51,905 nucleotides of DNA, taken from assembly GCA_964196475.1 (NCBI GenBank), contig CAXMUI010000151.1:1-51905 (forward strand), given 5' to 3'. Below the pieces are notes generated by a model. It saw only the letters and a program-made list of their open reading frames with translations. It was not told the origin of the DNA and did no database searches. The position numbers and the translations under genes are program-made. Position 1 is the first letter of the stretch. Each line of letters starts with the position of its first letter. Below, piece after piece: positions 28,471 through 38,323 of the stretch. This stretch comes from an uncultured Acidimicrobiia bacterium (GTDB taxonomy: Bacteria > Actinomycetota > Acidimicrobiia > Acidimicrobiales > JAHEJN01).

Positions 28471-31344
28471 TTACCGGTAATCGTCTAGGGGAGTACAGGC
28501 GCATATGAGGTTCTTGTCGCCGTGGGCGCCGTCGATGCGACTAACCGGTGGCCAGTAACGGTCCATATGAGAAATGTCCGCTGGCCAGGCGGCATCGCTG
28601 CGACTGTAGCCATGGTCCCATTGGTCGGCGGTTGCTTCGGCCGCGGTCAGCGGAGCGTTGCGTAGGGGGGAGTCTTCGAGGTCCATATCACCTGCTTGGA
28701 TTGCGGCGATCTCGCCGCGGATGCAAATGAGTGCCTCGCAGAAACGGTCAAGTTCGGCCAGGCTTTCGCTTTCGGTGGGCTCGATCATCAGGGTGCCAGC
28801 AACAGGAAACGACATGGTGGGGGCGTGGAAGCCAAAGTCGATGAGACGCTTAGCGACATCGTCGACGGTTACGCCCGAAGCGTCTTTGAGATCACGAAGA
28901 TCGATGATGCACTCGTGGGCCACAAGGTTGCCATGGCCGCGGTACAGCACGGGGTAGTGCTCGTCGAGACGGTTGGCGATGTAATTGGCTTGCAGAATGG
29001 CCATTTCCGTTGCTTCGCGTAGCCCGTCGCTTCCCATTAGGCGCACATAGGCCCAGGAGATGGGCAAAATTCCTGCCGAGCCATAAGGAGCAGCAGCAAC
29101 GGTGCGTTCGGCCGATCCGAGACGGTCGACTGCGAGGGGGTGGCCGGGGAGAAACGGTGCAAGGTGGGAGCCGCAGGCCACGGGGCCAACGCCCGGTCCG
29201 CCACCACCATGGGGGATGCAAAAGGTCTTATGCAAGTTGAGGTGAGAGACATCGCCACCGAAGTGACCAGGCTTGGCCAGTCCGACGAGGGCATTGAGGT
29301 TGGCGCCGTCGACATACACCTGACCTCCCGCGTTGTGAATGATGTCGCAAACCGTAGTGATGGTGTTCTCGAATACGCCGTGGGTGGAGGGGTAGGTAAT
29401 CATTGCTGCGCCGAGATTCTCGGCGTGTTGGTCGGCCAAATCGGTGAGGTGAGCCATGTCGATGTCGCCATCGGTGCCTGTGTTGATCACGACGACCTTC
29501 ATGCCCGCCATAACGGCACTAGCGGCGTTGGTGCCATGGGCGGAAGCCGGGATGAGGCAGATGGTGCGTTGGTCATCGCCGCGGGACTGGTGGTAAGCGC
29601 TGATCGCAAGCAGACCAGCAAGCTCTCCCTGTGATCCAGCATTTGGCTGTAGCGAGACGGCGTCATAGCCGGTGATCTCCACGAGGTCAGCGGCGAGTCC
29701 GTCGATAAGTTCCTGGTAGCCCGCGGTCTGGTTGGCTGGGGCAAAGGGATGAATGTCGGCAAACTCGGGCCACGTGATGGCCTCCATTTCGACGGCCGCG
29801 TTGAGTTTCATGGTGCAGGAGCCCAGCGGAATCATCGATCGGTCAAGGGCAATGTCGCGATTTACGAGCCGACGCAGGTACCGAAGCATTTGCGTTTCGG
29901 AGTGGTGCAGTTGGAAGACTCCCGCGGTGCAGAACGCTGAGGTGCGGGCCAAAGCATCAGGGATCGAGGGTTCCGCTGAGGCGAACGCATCACTAATGTC
30001 GGCAGCAACGGCGAAGGCATGGAGCAAGTCGCCCACGGTTGCGGCGGTGGAGGTCTCATCGAACGTCACACCAACCGTGTCGGCATTGATACGACGGATG
30101 TTGTATCCCGCTGCAAGTGCTGCTTGCACTATCGTGTCGGCGTCACCAGGGCTAGTCACCGCGACGGTGTCGAAAAAATCGTTGTTCTCGACTCTCAGGC
30201 CATGGGTACGACAAGCCTGAGCGAAGGTGCTAGCAAGCTTGTTGACGCGGGTGGCAATAAACCGAAGACCGTCGGGGCCGTGGTACACGGCATACATGCT
30301 GGCAATCACTGCGAGAAGCACCTGCGCAGTACAGATATTGCTGGTGGCCTTCTCGCGACGGATGTGTTGCTCGCGGGTCTGCAGCGCCAGACGAAGTGCA
30401 GGACGACCGTGCGCGTCGACGGATTGACCAACAATACGACCAGGCAATGACCGCTTGTAGTCCTCGCGTGTGGCCATGAATCCGGCGTGCGGACCGCCGT
30501 ACCCAAGCGACACACCGAAGCGTTGCGCCGAACCGACAGCAACATCGGCTCCTGCGTTACCGGGGGACTCGACCAAGGTGAGACCGAGCAAGTCGGTAGT
30601 TACCGCGACCAAGATTCCGGAGTTGTGCGCTGCGGTAGAAATTGGGCCGATGTCCCGGATGCCTGTGACCGAGCCGAACTGAGCCAACAGCACCGCAAAT
30701 GTGCCTTCGGGCATGGCGCCGGTGGGATCGCCGACAACAACTTCGATGTCAATTGGTGTGGCCCGTGTTTGCACTACAGCGATGGTCTGCGGATGGCAGT
30801 GTTCATCGACGAAGAAGACTGAGCCCTTGTTTTTCTTGTTGACCCGCTTGAGCAAAGTCATGGCTTCGGCGGCAGCAGTTGGCTCATCGAGCATCGACGA
30901 GTTGGCAACAGGCAGTCCGGTCAGGTCGCCGACCAAGGTCTGGAAGTTAAGCAGTGCCTCGAGGCGCCCCTGGGAGATCTCGGGTTGGTAAGGCGTGTAA
31001 GCCGTGTACCAACCAGGGTTCTCCAACAGATTACGGCGCAGCACAGCGGGCATAATCGTATTGGTGTAGCCCATGCCCAGCAGCGAGGTAACTACTTGGT
31101 TCTTGGTTGCGATAGACCGCAGACTCGACAAGACGTCGACCTCACGACTCGACGGACCGACATCCATTGCTTCGGCCAGACGGATGGAGCCGGGTATGGC
31201 CGCATCGACCATTGCCTCCATCGTGTCGAACCCGATAGCGGCCAACATCGCGGCCGTTTCTCCAGGGGTGGAGCCAATGTGACGAGGGATGAACTCGCCG
31301 TGATCTAAAAGGTCATCAAGTGAGGCGGGAACATGATTAGTCAT
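28471..31344 (-). CDS. gcvP: Glycine dehydrogenase (decarboxylating), single-chain P protein
   Basis: [36 protein letters not shown] and [18 protein letters not shown] motifs. Confidence 0.97.
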   Translation of the reverse strand: MTNHVPASLDDLLDHGEFIPRHIGSTPGETAAMLAAIGFDTMEAMVDAAIPGSIRLAEAMDVGPSSREVDVLSSLRSIATKNQVVTSLLGMGYTNTIMPAVLRRNLLENPGWYTAYTPYQPEISQGRLEALLNFQTLVGDLTGLPVANSSMLDEPTAAAEAMTLLKRVNKKNKGSVFFVDEHCHPQTIAVVQTRATPIDIEVVVGDPTGAMPEGTFAVLLAQFGSVTGIRDIGPISTAAHNSGILVAVTTDLLGLTLVESPGNAGADVAVGSAQRFGVSLGYGGPHAGFMATREDYKRSLPGRIVGQSVDAHGRPALRLALQTREQHIRREKATSNICTAQVLLAVIASMYAVYHGPDGLRFIATRVNKLASTFAQACRTHGLRVENNDFFDTVAVTSPGDADTIVQAALAAGYNIRRINADTVGVTFDETSTAATVGDLLHAFAVAADISDAFASAEPSIPDALARTSAFCTAGVFQLHHSETQMLRYLRRLVNRDIALDRSMIPLGSCTMKLNAAVEMEAITWPEFADIHPFAPANQTAGYQELIDGLAADLVEITGYDAVSLQPNAGSQGELAGLLAISAYHQSRGDDQRTICLIPASAHGTNAASAVMAGMKVVVINTGTDGDIDMAHLTDLADQHAENLGAAMITYPSTHGVFENTITTVCDIIHNAGGQVYVDGANLNALVGLAKPGHFGGDVSHLNLHKTFCIPHGGGGPGVGPVACGSHLAPFLPGHPLAVDRLGSAERTVAAAPYGSAGILPISWAYVRLMGSDGLREATEMAILQANYIANRLDEHYPVLYRGHGNLVAHECIIDLRDLKDASGVTVDDVAKRLIDFGFHAPTMSFPVAGTLMIEPTESESLAELDRFCEALICIRGEIAAIQAGDMDLEDSPLRNAPLTAAEATADQWDHGYSRSDAAWPADISHMDRYWPPVSRIDGAHGDKNLICACTPLDDYR

Positions 31345-31393
31345 CAACCAGAAACCTAGCCGACTAGTCAAGCGAATACTGAGTTGGTCGGTG

Positions 31394-32233
31394 TCAGATT
31401 TTGCGGACGATTGCTGTCCGTAGACGGTCTGGAACCACTCGCAGTAGTTGGCCAGCGATCCGAGCGTCAGGGCCGGCGAGATACCTGGATTTTGGGAACC
31501 GGCTGGTTAACGCGTGTTCGACAAGCTTGGCGACTTTGTCTGGCTCAATAGCGTGTTTGGAGCTGGTCTCTATCACTTTCGTGAGGTGGGTGATTTCTTC
31601 TTTGTAGCGCTGGAGCGCTTCGGCAGGGTAGGCGTTCCGCATGTCGGCGAGTGAGTCGTTGGCTTTGTCCCATATTGGCGTGTCTACTGCGCCGGGTTCA
31701 ATAAGACTTATCTTGATCTTGGTAGAGCGCATCTCGGCTCGTAGTGATTCCGTCAGTGCTGCGAGCGCATGTTTGGAAGCCGAATATGGACCGAGGGTTG
31801 GTCCGGCGACCCGTCCGGCGATCGAACCCATCATTACGACGCGCCCCTTTGCGGCACGCAGCGGTTCTCGGAAGGCTTGCACCATGGCGATAGGGGCGTA
31901 CACATTGATTTCGAACTGGCGGCGTAGCTCGTCGAGGTCGAGATACTCCAGCGGGCCACCGACAGCGATGCCAGCATTATTGACTAAAGCACCAAGGCCT
32001 GAGGATCCGAGTTCGGTTGAGAGTCGTGTGGCCAGATCGGCAATCTGCTCCGGCTTGGTGACGTCGAGGGTTACGGGTTCGAGCAGGGGAGTGGCGGCGG
32101 CTCGTAGTGTCTCGCCCGACGCCTCGTTGCGAACGCCCGCGTATACCTTCCACCCGTTGGCATCAAGGCGTAGAGCGCAGGCCCGACCAATTCCGGTAGA
32201 GGCACCAGTGATGAGAACCGAAGACGGGTTCAC
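31394..32233 (-). CDS. Short-chain dehydrogenase/reductase
   Basis: [17 protein letters not shown] and IEPG motifs. Confidence 0.93.
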   Translation of the reverse strand: MNPSSVLITGASTGIGRACALRLDANGWKVYAGVRNEASGETLRAAATPLLEPVTLDVTKPEQIADLATRLSTELGSSGLGALVNNAGIAVGGPLEYLDLDELRRQFEINVYAPIAMVQAFREPLRAAKGRVVMMGSIAGRVAGPTLGPYSASKHALAALTESLRAEMRSTKIKISLIEPGAVDTPIWDKANDSLADMRNAYPAEALQRYKEEITHLTKVIETSSKHAIEPDKVAKLVEHALTSRFPKSRYLAGPDARIAGQLLRVVPDRLRTAIVRKI

Positions 32234-32235
32234 AG

Positions 32236-34494
32236 CTACGAAGCGTCAGCTAGGGCTTGCCAGATTTTGTTCGGGGTGCATGGCATGTCGATGTGATCGA
32301 CGCCAAGATGGCGAATGGCATCTATCACAGCGTTGTGCACTGCAGGGGTCGAGCCAATCGTGCCGGACTCACCGATGCCCTTGGCCCCAATGGGGTTTTG
32401 GAAAGTTGGAGTCACCTGCTCGACCCGTTCGAACGATGGGAATTCGCTTGCCGCCGGAATGGCGTAATCAGCCAAGGTGCCGGTGAGTAGGTTGCCCTGT
32501 TCGTCATAGACGACCTGTTCAAACAGCGCCTGTGCGGCGCCTTGGGCGATACCACCGTGGATTTGACCCTCTGCCAACAATGGATTAACGATTACACCAC
32601 AGTCGTCTACAGCTACATGCCGCAGGTAGTTAACGGCTCCGGTTTCGGTATCCACCTCCACCACGGCGCAATGCGCACCGAACGGGAACGTAGACCCACG
32701 TTGCTCGAACGAAGAACCGTCGCCGGTGAGCGTGGCGTCGGAAGCAGCGGCGACCGAGGCCCAATCCACCGAAACAGCTGGAGTGCCCACAACATGGAAC
32801 ACACCACGATCGACATCGAACACAACATCAGAGGCCGCGGCCTCGAGCGAAGCGGCAGCGGAGTCGATAGCGATAGTGACGAGGTTCTCCGATGCGGCCT
32901 TAATGGCCGAACCAGCGAGCTGCACCGAGCGTGATCCGCCGGTGACACTTTCCGAAGGGATCTGACTGGTATCACCCATCACCACGGTGATGGCGTCGAT
33001 ATCAATGCCAAGTTCGTCGGCGACAAGCATGGCCCAACTGGTGGCGTGACCTTGGCCGTATGCCTGGGAACCACTGCGGGCAATTACGGTGCCATCGTCT
33101 TGCAATTCAACAGTGCCAAACTCGCCACCGCCACTAGGGTCAGCCATACCGGTGATCTCCACGTACGATCCGATTCCTAGGCCAAGCTGCAGTGCGTCGC
33201 CGGCTTCGCGCCTGCGAGCCTGCTCTGCTCGTAGATCGTCATAACCAACGGCCTCAAGGACCAGACGAAGCGACTCGGGATAGTCGCCTACGTCGTACGG
33301 AGTACCGGTAGAAGTGGTGTGTGTGGACTCAAATCGGGGGAGCAGATTGAGGCGTCGGAGCTCGGCAGGATCCATGTCGATCTCGGCGGCATACAAATCA
33401 ATGGCGCGTTCTAGCGCTGCAGCAGCCTCGGGTCGACCTGCGCCACGGTAGGCGCCGACCGGCGTGGTATTGGTGGCGTAGGCTTTCGCGGAAAACTCGG
33501 AACGGTCGAAGTCATAGACACCACTGAGCATCAAGAAACCCGATCCGATAAGTACCGCACCCGCGTTGGGATAGGCACCTGCATTCTGGCGAGTGTTGAT
33601 ACGCCAATCGGTGATGTTGCCATCCTTGGTTCCGCCAATGGTGATGTGTTGTTCTAAGCCGCGTCCGTGCACCATCGCGGTGAGGTTCTCCGAGCGCGTT
33701 TCGGTCCATTGCACACCGCGGCCAACGTGGCGAGCAATAGCGCCCATCAGCATTTCTTCGCAGTGCGGGCCACCCTTGGCACCGAAACCGCCACCCACAT
33801 CGGGGACGATTACCCGAATCTGGTCCTTGGGGATGCCCAACAGCGCACTGACAGCGGCGCGGAAAGCTCCGCCGCCTTGGCTGGACGCCCATATGTTGAG
33901 CTGGTCACCTTCCCAAACGGCGTAGGCCGACAGGGTCTCGATAGGAATAGGAGCCACGCGCTGATTCACCCAGGTACGTTCGATCACTACTTCGCATGAA
34001 TCAAAATCGGTGCTACCGAACTGACCAATGGCTTGGAGTTCGTTGGAGTCGGTGCCGTCATAGAGCAATACATCGCCCGCGACAGACTGCTCGAGTGTTA
34101 CCGCAGCATCAATCGGCTCGATATCGACAAACACCAACTCAGCAGCATCAATGGCCTGAGCAAGTGTCTCGGCCACAACGGCGCAGATGGGCTCGCCAAC
34201 AAAGCGGACCTTGTCGACCGCCAGCATGGGTCGGTGCGACTCGGGCGGGACTTCGCCCCACGGAGAAGGAACCCGGCCCGTTGCTAGGTCAGCCGCGCTC
34301 AGCACGGCAAGAACGCCCTCGCTTGCTAACGCGTCGTCGAGGTCGATCGACTCGATGGTCCCGTGAGCAATAGTGGACCGAACGTAAACCACAACGGCTG
34401 TTCCAGGCGGAACAACATCAGCAACATAGGTGCCACCAACGGTAAGCATGGCGGCGTCTTCGCGACGTAAGACTCGGTTTCCTAGGTATCCCAT
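32236..34494 (-). CDS. Xanthine dehydrogenase-family molybdopterin large subunit (form II CoxL-like)
   Basis: DVGGGFGAK, AYRGAGRPE, GQGH.T, GQIHGG.AQG and GAKGIGE motifs; AAGGAG SD before ATG 34494. Confidence 0.92.
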   Translation of the reverse strand: MGYLGNRVLRREDAAMLTVGGTYVADVVPPGTAVVVYVRSTIAHGTIESIDLDDALASEGVLAVLSAADLATGRVPSPWGEVPPESHRPMLAVDKVRFVGEPICAVVAETLAQAIDAAELVFVDIEPIDAAVTLEQSVAGDVLLYDGTDSNELQAIGQFGSTDFDSCEVVIERTWVNQRVAPIPIETLSAYAVWEGDQLNIWASSQGGGAFRAAVSALLGIPKDQIRVIVPDVGGGFGAKGGPHCEEMLMGAIARHVGRGVQWTETRSENLTAMVHGRGLEQHITIGGTKDGNITDWRINTRQNAGAYPNAGAVLIGSGFLMLSGVYDFDRSEFSAKAYATNTTPVGAYRGAGRPEAAAALERAIDLYAAEIDMDPAELRRLNLLPRFESTHTTSTGTPYDVGDYPESLRLVLEAVGYDDLRAEQARRREAGDALQLGLGIGSYVEITGMADPSGGGEFGTVELQDDGTVIARSGSQAYGQGHATSWAMLVADELGIDIDAITVVMGDTSQIPSESVTGGSRSVQLAGSAIKAASENLVTIAIDSAAASLEAAASDVVFDVDRGVFHVVGTPAVSVDWASVAAASDATLTGDGSSFEQRGSTFPFGAHCAVVEVDTETGAVNYLRHVAVDDCGVIVNPLLAEGQIHGGIAQGAAQALFEQVVYDEQGNLLTGTLADYAIPAASEFPSFERVEQVTPTFQNPIGAKGIGESGTIGSTPAVHNAVIDAIRHLGVDHIDMPCTPNKIWQALADAS

Positions 34495-34609
34495 GATGCT
34501 CCTTGGGGCAGTAGCGGGGGTGAAGAAGTTGACCACGTCTGACCCGTCGAAAGGTCGATGGCGTGGAGTCAGCACAAGGCGATGGTAGACCCGCCAGCAA
34601 GAATAGGTG

Positions 34610-35497
34610 CTATTCGTTGACCGTTTCCGGAGCGGTGTCGTCCGCCGTATCGGAGTCAGTTTGTTCGTTGGGCGTTGCCGTCGGAACCGCGGTAGGCTCC
34701 GGTGTCGGTGAAACGAGGCCATCTGGGTAGGGCCAGGGGTTGGGAATACACCCGTCGAGAGCGATGCTCTGTTGTTGCATAATCGGCGCCAACTCGCCTA
34801 CCCCAGCGCACTGACGATGCCCTGTGCCGAATAACTGATGGCCGATCTCATGGTTGATCACCCATGTCCGGTAGGTCTCGATGTCTGCCGTCCAACCAGC
34901 CGAGGCCGTTTCCCATCGAATCAGATTTATAGCGATCACGTCGTTTATGGCGCAAGACAGCTGACCAATGGTTTGCATCGGTGAACAAAGCGCATCGGTG
35001 GTCTCGGGCGATGCCACGACGATCTGAAAGTCGCCATCACGCTCAACGCGAACAAGCGTGAGGTCCACGGCCGCCGCCCAACTTCGAGAATCAGCCAACG
35101 CCTCGTCCACCACGCGAGCAAAGGCTGTGGCAGTTACGCCAATACCGTCCTCGACAGCGACCGAAAACGTGAACTCATTTTCAATATCAATTGAGGAACC
35201 GAATGCTATGGGCCCAGTCAATGCTCCGGTGTAAGTGCCGGACCCAGATACTTCAATATCGGCTTCGGACCGGTCGCCTATGCCTGGAGTTGGTACAGCG
35301 GTCGGCGTGGCCGCTGCCTTGGCATCGGCGAGTTGCTCAGCAGCAGTCGGACCCAATGTGGCGCTAGTCGTAGGTGTCGCCGATGTCCCATCGGGGTTAT
35401 CTTCGCCACCACCCAGAAACACGACAACGCCAAGCGTCAAAAGTGAGACCGCTCCCAGGGTTGCGATTCGCTTGACTTCTTGACTGGTGTAGCGCAT
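34610..35497 (-). CDS. DUF3152-family zinc metalloprotease-like exported protein
   Basis: N-terminal TM/signal; L.D.RSW, YRTWVINHEIGH and APIMQQQS..LDGC.PNPWP motifs. Confidence 0.85.
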   Translation of the reverse strand: MRYTSQEVKRIATLGAVSLLTLGVVVFLGGGEDNPDGTSATPTTSATLGPTAAEQLADAKAAATPTAVPTPGIGDRSEADIEVSGSGTYTGALTGPIAFGSSIDIENEFTFSVAVEDGIGVTATAFARVVDEALADSRSWAAAVDLTLVRVERDGDFQIVVASPETTDALCSPMQTIGQLSCAINDVIAINLIRWETASAGWTADIETYRTWVINHEIGHQLFGTGHRQCAGVGELAPIMQQQSIALDGCIPNPWPYPDGLVSPTPEPTAVPTATPNEQTDSDTADDTAPETVNE

Positions 35498-35515
35498 GAG
35501 CCCTAAGGCCGCCGA

Positions 35516-35941
35516 TTAAGCCGATGCGGCAAGCAGGCCAGCGACGAACTCGCGGATGCCTTTATCGAGTTCGTGTTCTTGAAAGGACTGTGCCGCAATG
35601 ACGTTGGCGCCCCGTTGGGAAACAGCTGCGGCCATGGTGTCGAGCGACTTTTTAGGGTTCCACCGGTAGGTGCAGAACACGGCAGCGCGCTTGCCCCTGA
35701 TGGCAGGAAAGCTTTTGATCTTGGCCATGCCGGCTGGACCCACGCCAACCCAACGCAGACCGTGCACCCAGGTACCAAATACGACGAGGTCGGCTTCGGC
35801 TAGTTGGTTGAGATCGACGTCGTCGATGGAACGAACCGCCACATCGGCATCGCCGCGGCTAAACGCAGTGGCAATGTGCTCGCCGGCGGTCTGGGTCTTG
35901 CCCTTGAGCGTTTCAAAATATACGACGACCTTCATGCCCAT
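35516..35941 (-). CDS. Flavodoxin-like protein
   Basis: VVVYFETLKGKTQT loop, ADLVVFGTW and GKRAAVFCTY motifs. Confidence 0.75.
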   Translation of the reverse strand: MGMKVVVYFETLKGKTQTAGEHIATAFSRGDADVAVRSIDDVDLNQLAEADLVVFGTWVHGLRWVGVGPAGMAKIKSFPAIRGKRAAVFCTYRWNPKKSLDTMAAAVSQRGANVIAAQSFQEHELDKGIREFVAGLLAASA

Positions 35942-35953
35942 AGTTTTAGCAGC

Positions 35954-36244
35954 TTAGATCTCTTCTGCGGCGATTCGCTCGTGATGGTGAATGACTTCGT
36001 CAATGATGAAGCGAAGAAATTTCTCGGAGAACTCGGGATCAAGATCCGCGTCTTCAGCCAACGAGCGCATTCGCGAAACCTGGGTTTGCTCACGGGCCGG
36101 ATCGGCAGGCGGTAGCCCGACCTGGGCCTTATACCGGCCGATCTCCTGCGTGATTTTGAAGCGCTCGGCCAACATGGCGATGAGCGCGCCATCGATGTTG
36201 TTGAGGCTTTGGCGGTAGTCAAGGAGTCGTTGGTGCTCGTTCAC
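35954..36244 (-). CDS. Chorismate mutase (AroQ type)
   Basis: RQSLNNID.ALI.MLAERFK.T, K...LP.ADP.RE and EVIHHH motifs. Confidence 0.9.
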   Translation of the reverse strand: MNEHQRLLDYRQSLNNIDGALIAMLAERFKITQEIGRYKAQVGLPPADPAREQTQVSRMRSLAEDADLDPEFSEKFLRFIIDEVIHHHERIAAEEI

Positions 36245-36253
36245 AGCGCAAAC

Positions 36254-37459
36254 TTATCGGTGAATGGCCCGTAGTGCAGGTGCAAGATCTCCCCGATCGA
36301 CAATTTCTACGTTCTCCACGCCGACAAACCGAGCGAATTCTTGCAGCGCAGGCACAATTCGATCAGCCACACGGTCAGCGTTTACCCCTGTTTCGGTCCA
36401 TGCGCCGAGCACTCGGAACGTATTGGCGGCGCGATCGGTTTTGGCATCAATCCGGCCCACTATACGGTCATCGACCAACAGGGGCAGAACGTAATAGCCG
36501 TACTTGCGTTTCGCGGCAGGCACATAAATTTCGATTCGGTAGTCGAAGTTAAAGAGCGCACTGGCTCGGTCGCGATGCCAAACAACGGGATCGAACGGTG
36601 ACAGGACCGTTGCTGTGGTGATGGATCTTGCCCGGGTAGCGTCCGGCGAAAGAAAAGCCGGTTTGGAAAATCCCTCGACATTAGCGCGAATCAATGCGCC
36701 GTCCTCCGCCAATTCTTCAACCAGCCGGCGAGCATCGCGAATAGGAAGTCGGTAGTAGTCGGCCAACTCGTGGGCAGTAGCAACGCCATGGGCTCGGGCA
36801 GATCGGCGGAGCAGTTCCTTGATGGCATCATCTTCGGTTGGTGTCGCCACGGCCATTGTTTCGCTTGGAACGATACGTTCGAGCAAGTCGAATTCTTTGT
36901 TGAACCCGCCCCGGCGGCGAATACCAACTTTGCCGATGCGAAAGAGCCAATCCAACGCCACCTGTCCCAATGAGCGGTTTCCCCACCATTCGCCCGACTG
37001 GGGTCGGACATCGGACAGTTGGTTGGCCTGCAGCGGTCGTTCCGCTACTTGGGCGAGGACCTCGGCTATGTAGGCAGGTTCTTGTTGGGCCAGTCGAACA
37101 AGACCGCCCCATGTGTCGCCGTCCTGGGACCGTGTTTTTTGCCACCGAAGGAACGGCTCAGTTGATGTGGGCATTAGTGACGCTTCATGAGCCCAGGCTT
37201 CGAACCATTCGTCGTCTTGGTAGGCAATCTGGTCGAGCAGTCCAATTTCGTGATATCCGAGTCGCGAGAAGAGAACGAGATTTTGGGGGCGACACACGGC
37301 TGGGACGGAGTCGAGTTGGAGGAGGTTCTGTCGGCTCATACTGCGTCGCAGATGGCGTCGGTCAATGCGAGTCGTTGGATCCGTCATGCCGAACCCCTGA
37401 GCACGAAGGGCGATACGGCGTGCTTGCGCGGAGCTGAGTGAAACTATGGCCTCGGTCAT
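36254..37459 (-). CDS. YcaQ/AlkZ-family winged-helix crosslink-repair DNA glycosylase
   Basis: LQLDSV (QxD), WAHEAS, LSPFDP and YRIEIYVPAAKRKYGYY motifs. Confidence 0.92.
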   Translation of the reverse strand: MTEAIVSLSSAQARRIALRAQGFGMTDPTTRIDRRHLRRSMSRQNLLQLDSVPAVCRPQNLVLFSRLGYHEIGLLDQIAYQDDEWFEAWAHEASLMPTSTEPFLRWQKTRSQDGDTWGGLVRLAQQEPAYIAEVLAQVAERPLQANQLSDVRPQSGEWWGNRSLGQVALDWLFRIGKVGIRRRGGFNKEFDLLERIVPSETMAVATPTEDDAIKELLRRSARAHGVATAHELADYYRLPIRDARRLVEELAEDGALIRANVEGFSKPAFLSPDATRARSITTATVLSPFDPVVWHRDRASALFNFDYRIEIYVPAAKRKYGYYVLPLLVDDRIVGRIDAKTDRAANTFRVLGAWTETGVNADRVADRIVPALQEFARFVGVENVEIVDRGDLAPALRAIHR

Positions 37460-37469
37460 GGTTCGGTAC

Positions 37470-37811
37470 TCAGCCGCAACGGGTGTCGAGGACGCGACAA
37501 AGTGATGCAAAGCGAGCTTCATCGATCGTGAACCAGGCCCATTTACCGCGTTGTTCGCGGTTTATCAGTCCGGCTTTCACCAACTGGGAAAGATGGTGGC
37601 TAACGGTGGATTGCTTTCGGTCGACCAACGCAGGGAAATCACAGGCACATACTTCATCGGATGCTGACGCATAGATGAGGCTCACCAAACGCAGACGCAC
37701 GGGGTCCGCCAAGGCGCGTAGCACCCCAGCGAGGTCGTCCGCGTCTTGCTCGGACAAAGGTGCAGTGGCCAGTGGTGAGCAGCAAAGAGAAACGGTTGGC
37801 GGAGAAGTCAT
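37470..37811 (-). CDS. arsR: ArsR/SmtB metalloregulator (N-terminal Cys-Cys type)
   Basis: LCCSPL, ALADPVRLRL, EVCACD and QSTVSHHL motifs; divergent from arsI. Confidence 0.9.
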   Translation of the reverse strand: MTSPPTVSLCCSPLATAPLSEQDADDLAGVLRALADPVRLRLVSLIYASASDEVCACDFPALVDRKQSTVSHHLSQLVKAGLINREQRGKWAWFTIDEARFASLCRVLDTRCG

Positions 37812-37820
37812 AATAAACAT

Positions 37821-37874
37821 ATTGACATTGATCGATTCGTATGTCAAAGTCTTAACGAATCGACAACTGTCGAT
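37821..37874. promoter_or_regulatory. Divergent arsR/arsI promoter-operator
   Basis: Perfect inverted repeat ATCGACA-ac-TGTCGAT (37859-37874), a related box ATTGACA-tt-GATCGAT (37821-37836) and an inverted repeat TTGACAT-N12-ATGTCAA (37822-37847). Confidence 0.7.
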
Positions 37875-37894
37875 ATGATAACGAAAGAAAAATT

Positions 37895-38323
37895 ATGCGC
37901 TTACAACTTGCCCTCAATGTTCCTGACCTCGCCGAAGCCGTAGCGTTCTACGGGAAGATGTTCAACGCCGAACCGGCGCGAGAGCGTCCCGGCTATGCCA
38001 ACTTTGCCATCAATGAACCACCGCTTAAGCTCGTGCTCTTCGAAAACCCCGATGCCGAACCCGGATCGCTCAATCACCTCGGTGTCGAAGTCGAAACCAA
38101 AGAGGAGGTCGCCCACGCCGAAGCGCGTCTCAACGACGAAGGAATCGGAACCACCGGAGTCGACGACACCGAGTGCTGTTGGGCCACCAAAACCGAGACT
38201 TGGGTTAACGCCCCCGACGGTAACCGCTGGGAATTGTACGTCCGCACCGGCGATGCTGAACATCTCGGCAACACCGTTGTCGCTGACTCCGATGGGCACC
38301 CACAACCGGTGTGCTGCGGCTAA
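37895..38323 (+). CDS. arsI: ArsI/CadI-family VOC metalloenzyme (C-As lyase-like)
   Basis: QLALNV, PGYANF...PPLKLVL.E, LNHLG.EV, vicinal ECCWA, PDGNRWE.Y and C-terminal CC. Confidence 0.88.
   Translation: MRLQLALNVPDLAEAVAFYGKMFNAEPARERPGYANFAINEPPLKLVLFENPDAEPGSLNHLGVEVETKEEVAHAEARLNDEGIGTTGVDDTECCWATKTETWVNAPDGNRWELYVRTGDAEHLGNTVVADSDGHPQPVCCG

Noticed and set aside
31345-31393. Glycine riboswitch upstream of gcvP (also checked for gcvT and gcvH)
   Set aside because: The intergenic gaps are only 6-49 nt and show no aptamer motif.
31641-32486. 281-aa plus-strand ORF
   Set aside because: Antisense to the SDR and the CoxL-like 3' end; Ser/Arg/Ala-rich composition typical of shadow frames.
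32236-34494. True aerobic CO dehydrogenase
   Set aside because: Has AYRGAGR rather than AYxCSFR, and no coxM, coxS or accessory genes are adjacent.
34495-34609. Possible Moco riboswitch in the leader of the molybdoenzyme gene
   Set aside because: Only short, weak stems; I cannot match the Moco RNA consensus by eye. An Rfam/Infernal scan would settle it.
37470-37478. ArsR ending Cys-Gly-TGA as another Sec codon
   Set aside because: The protein is already full length, the next gene starts 10 nt later, and no SECIS-like hairpin was evident.
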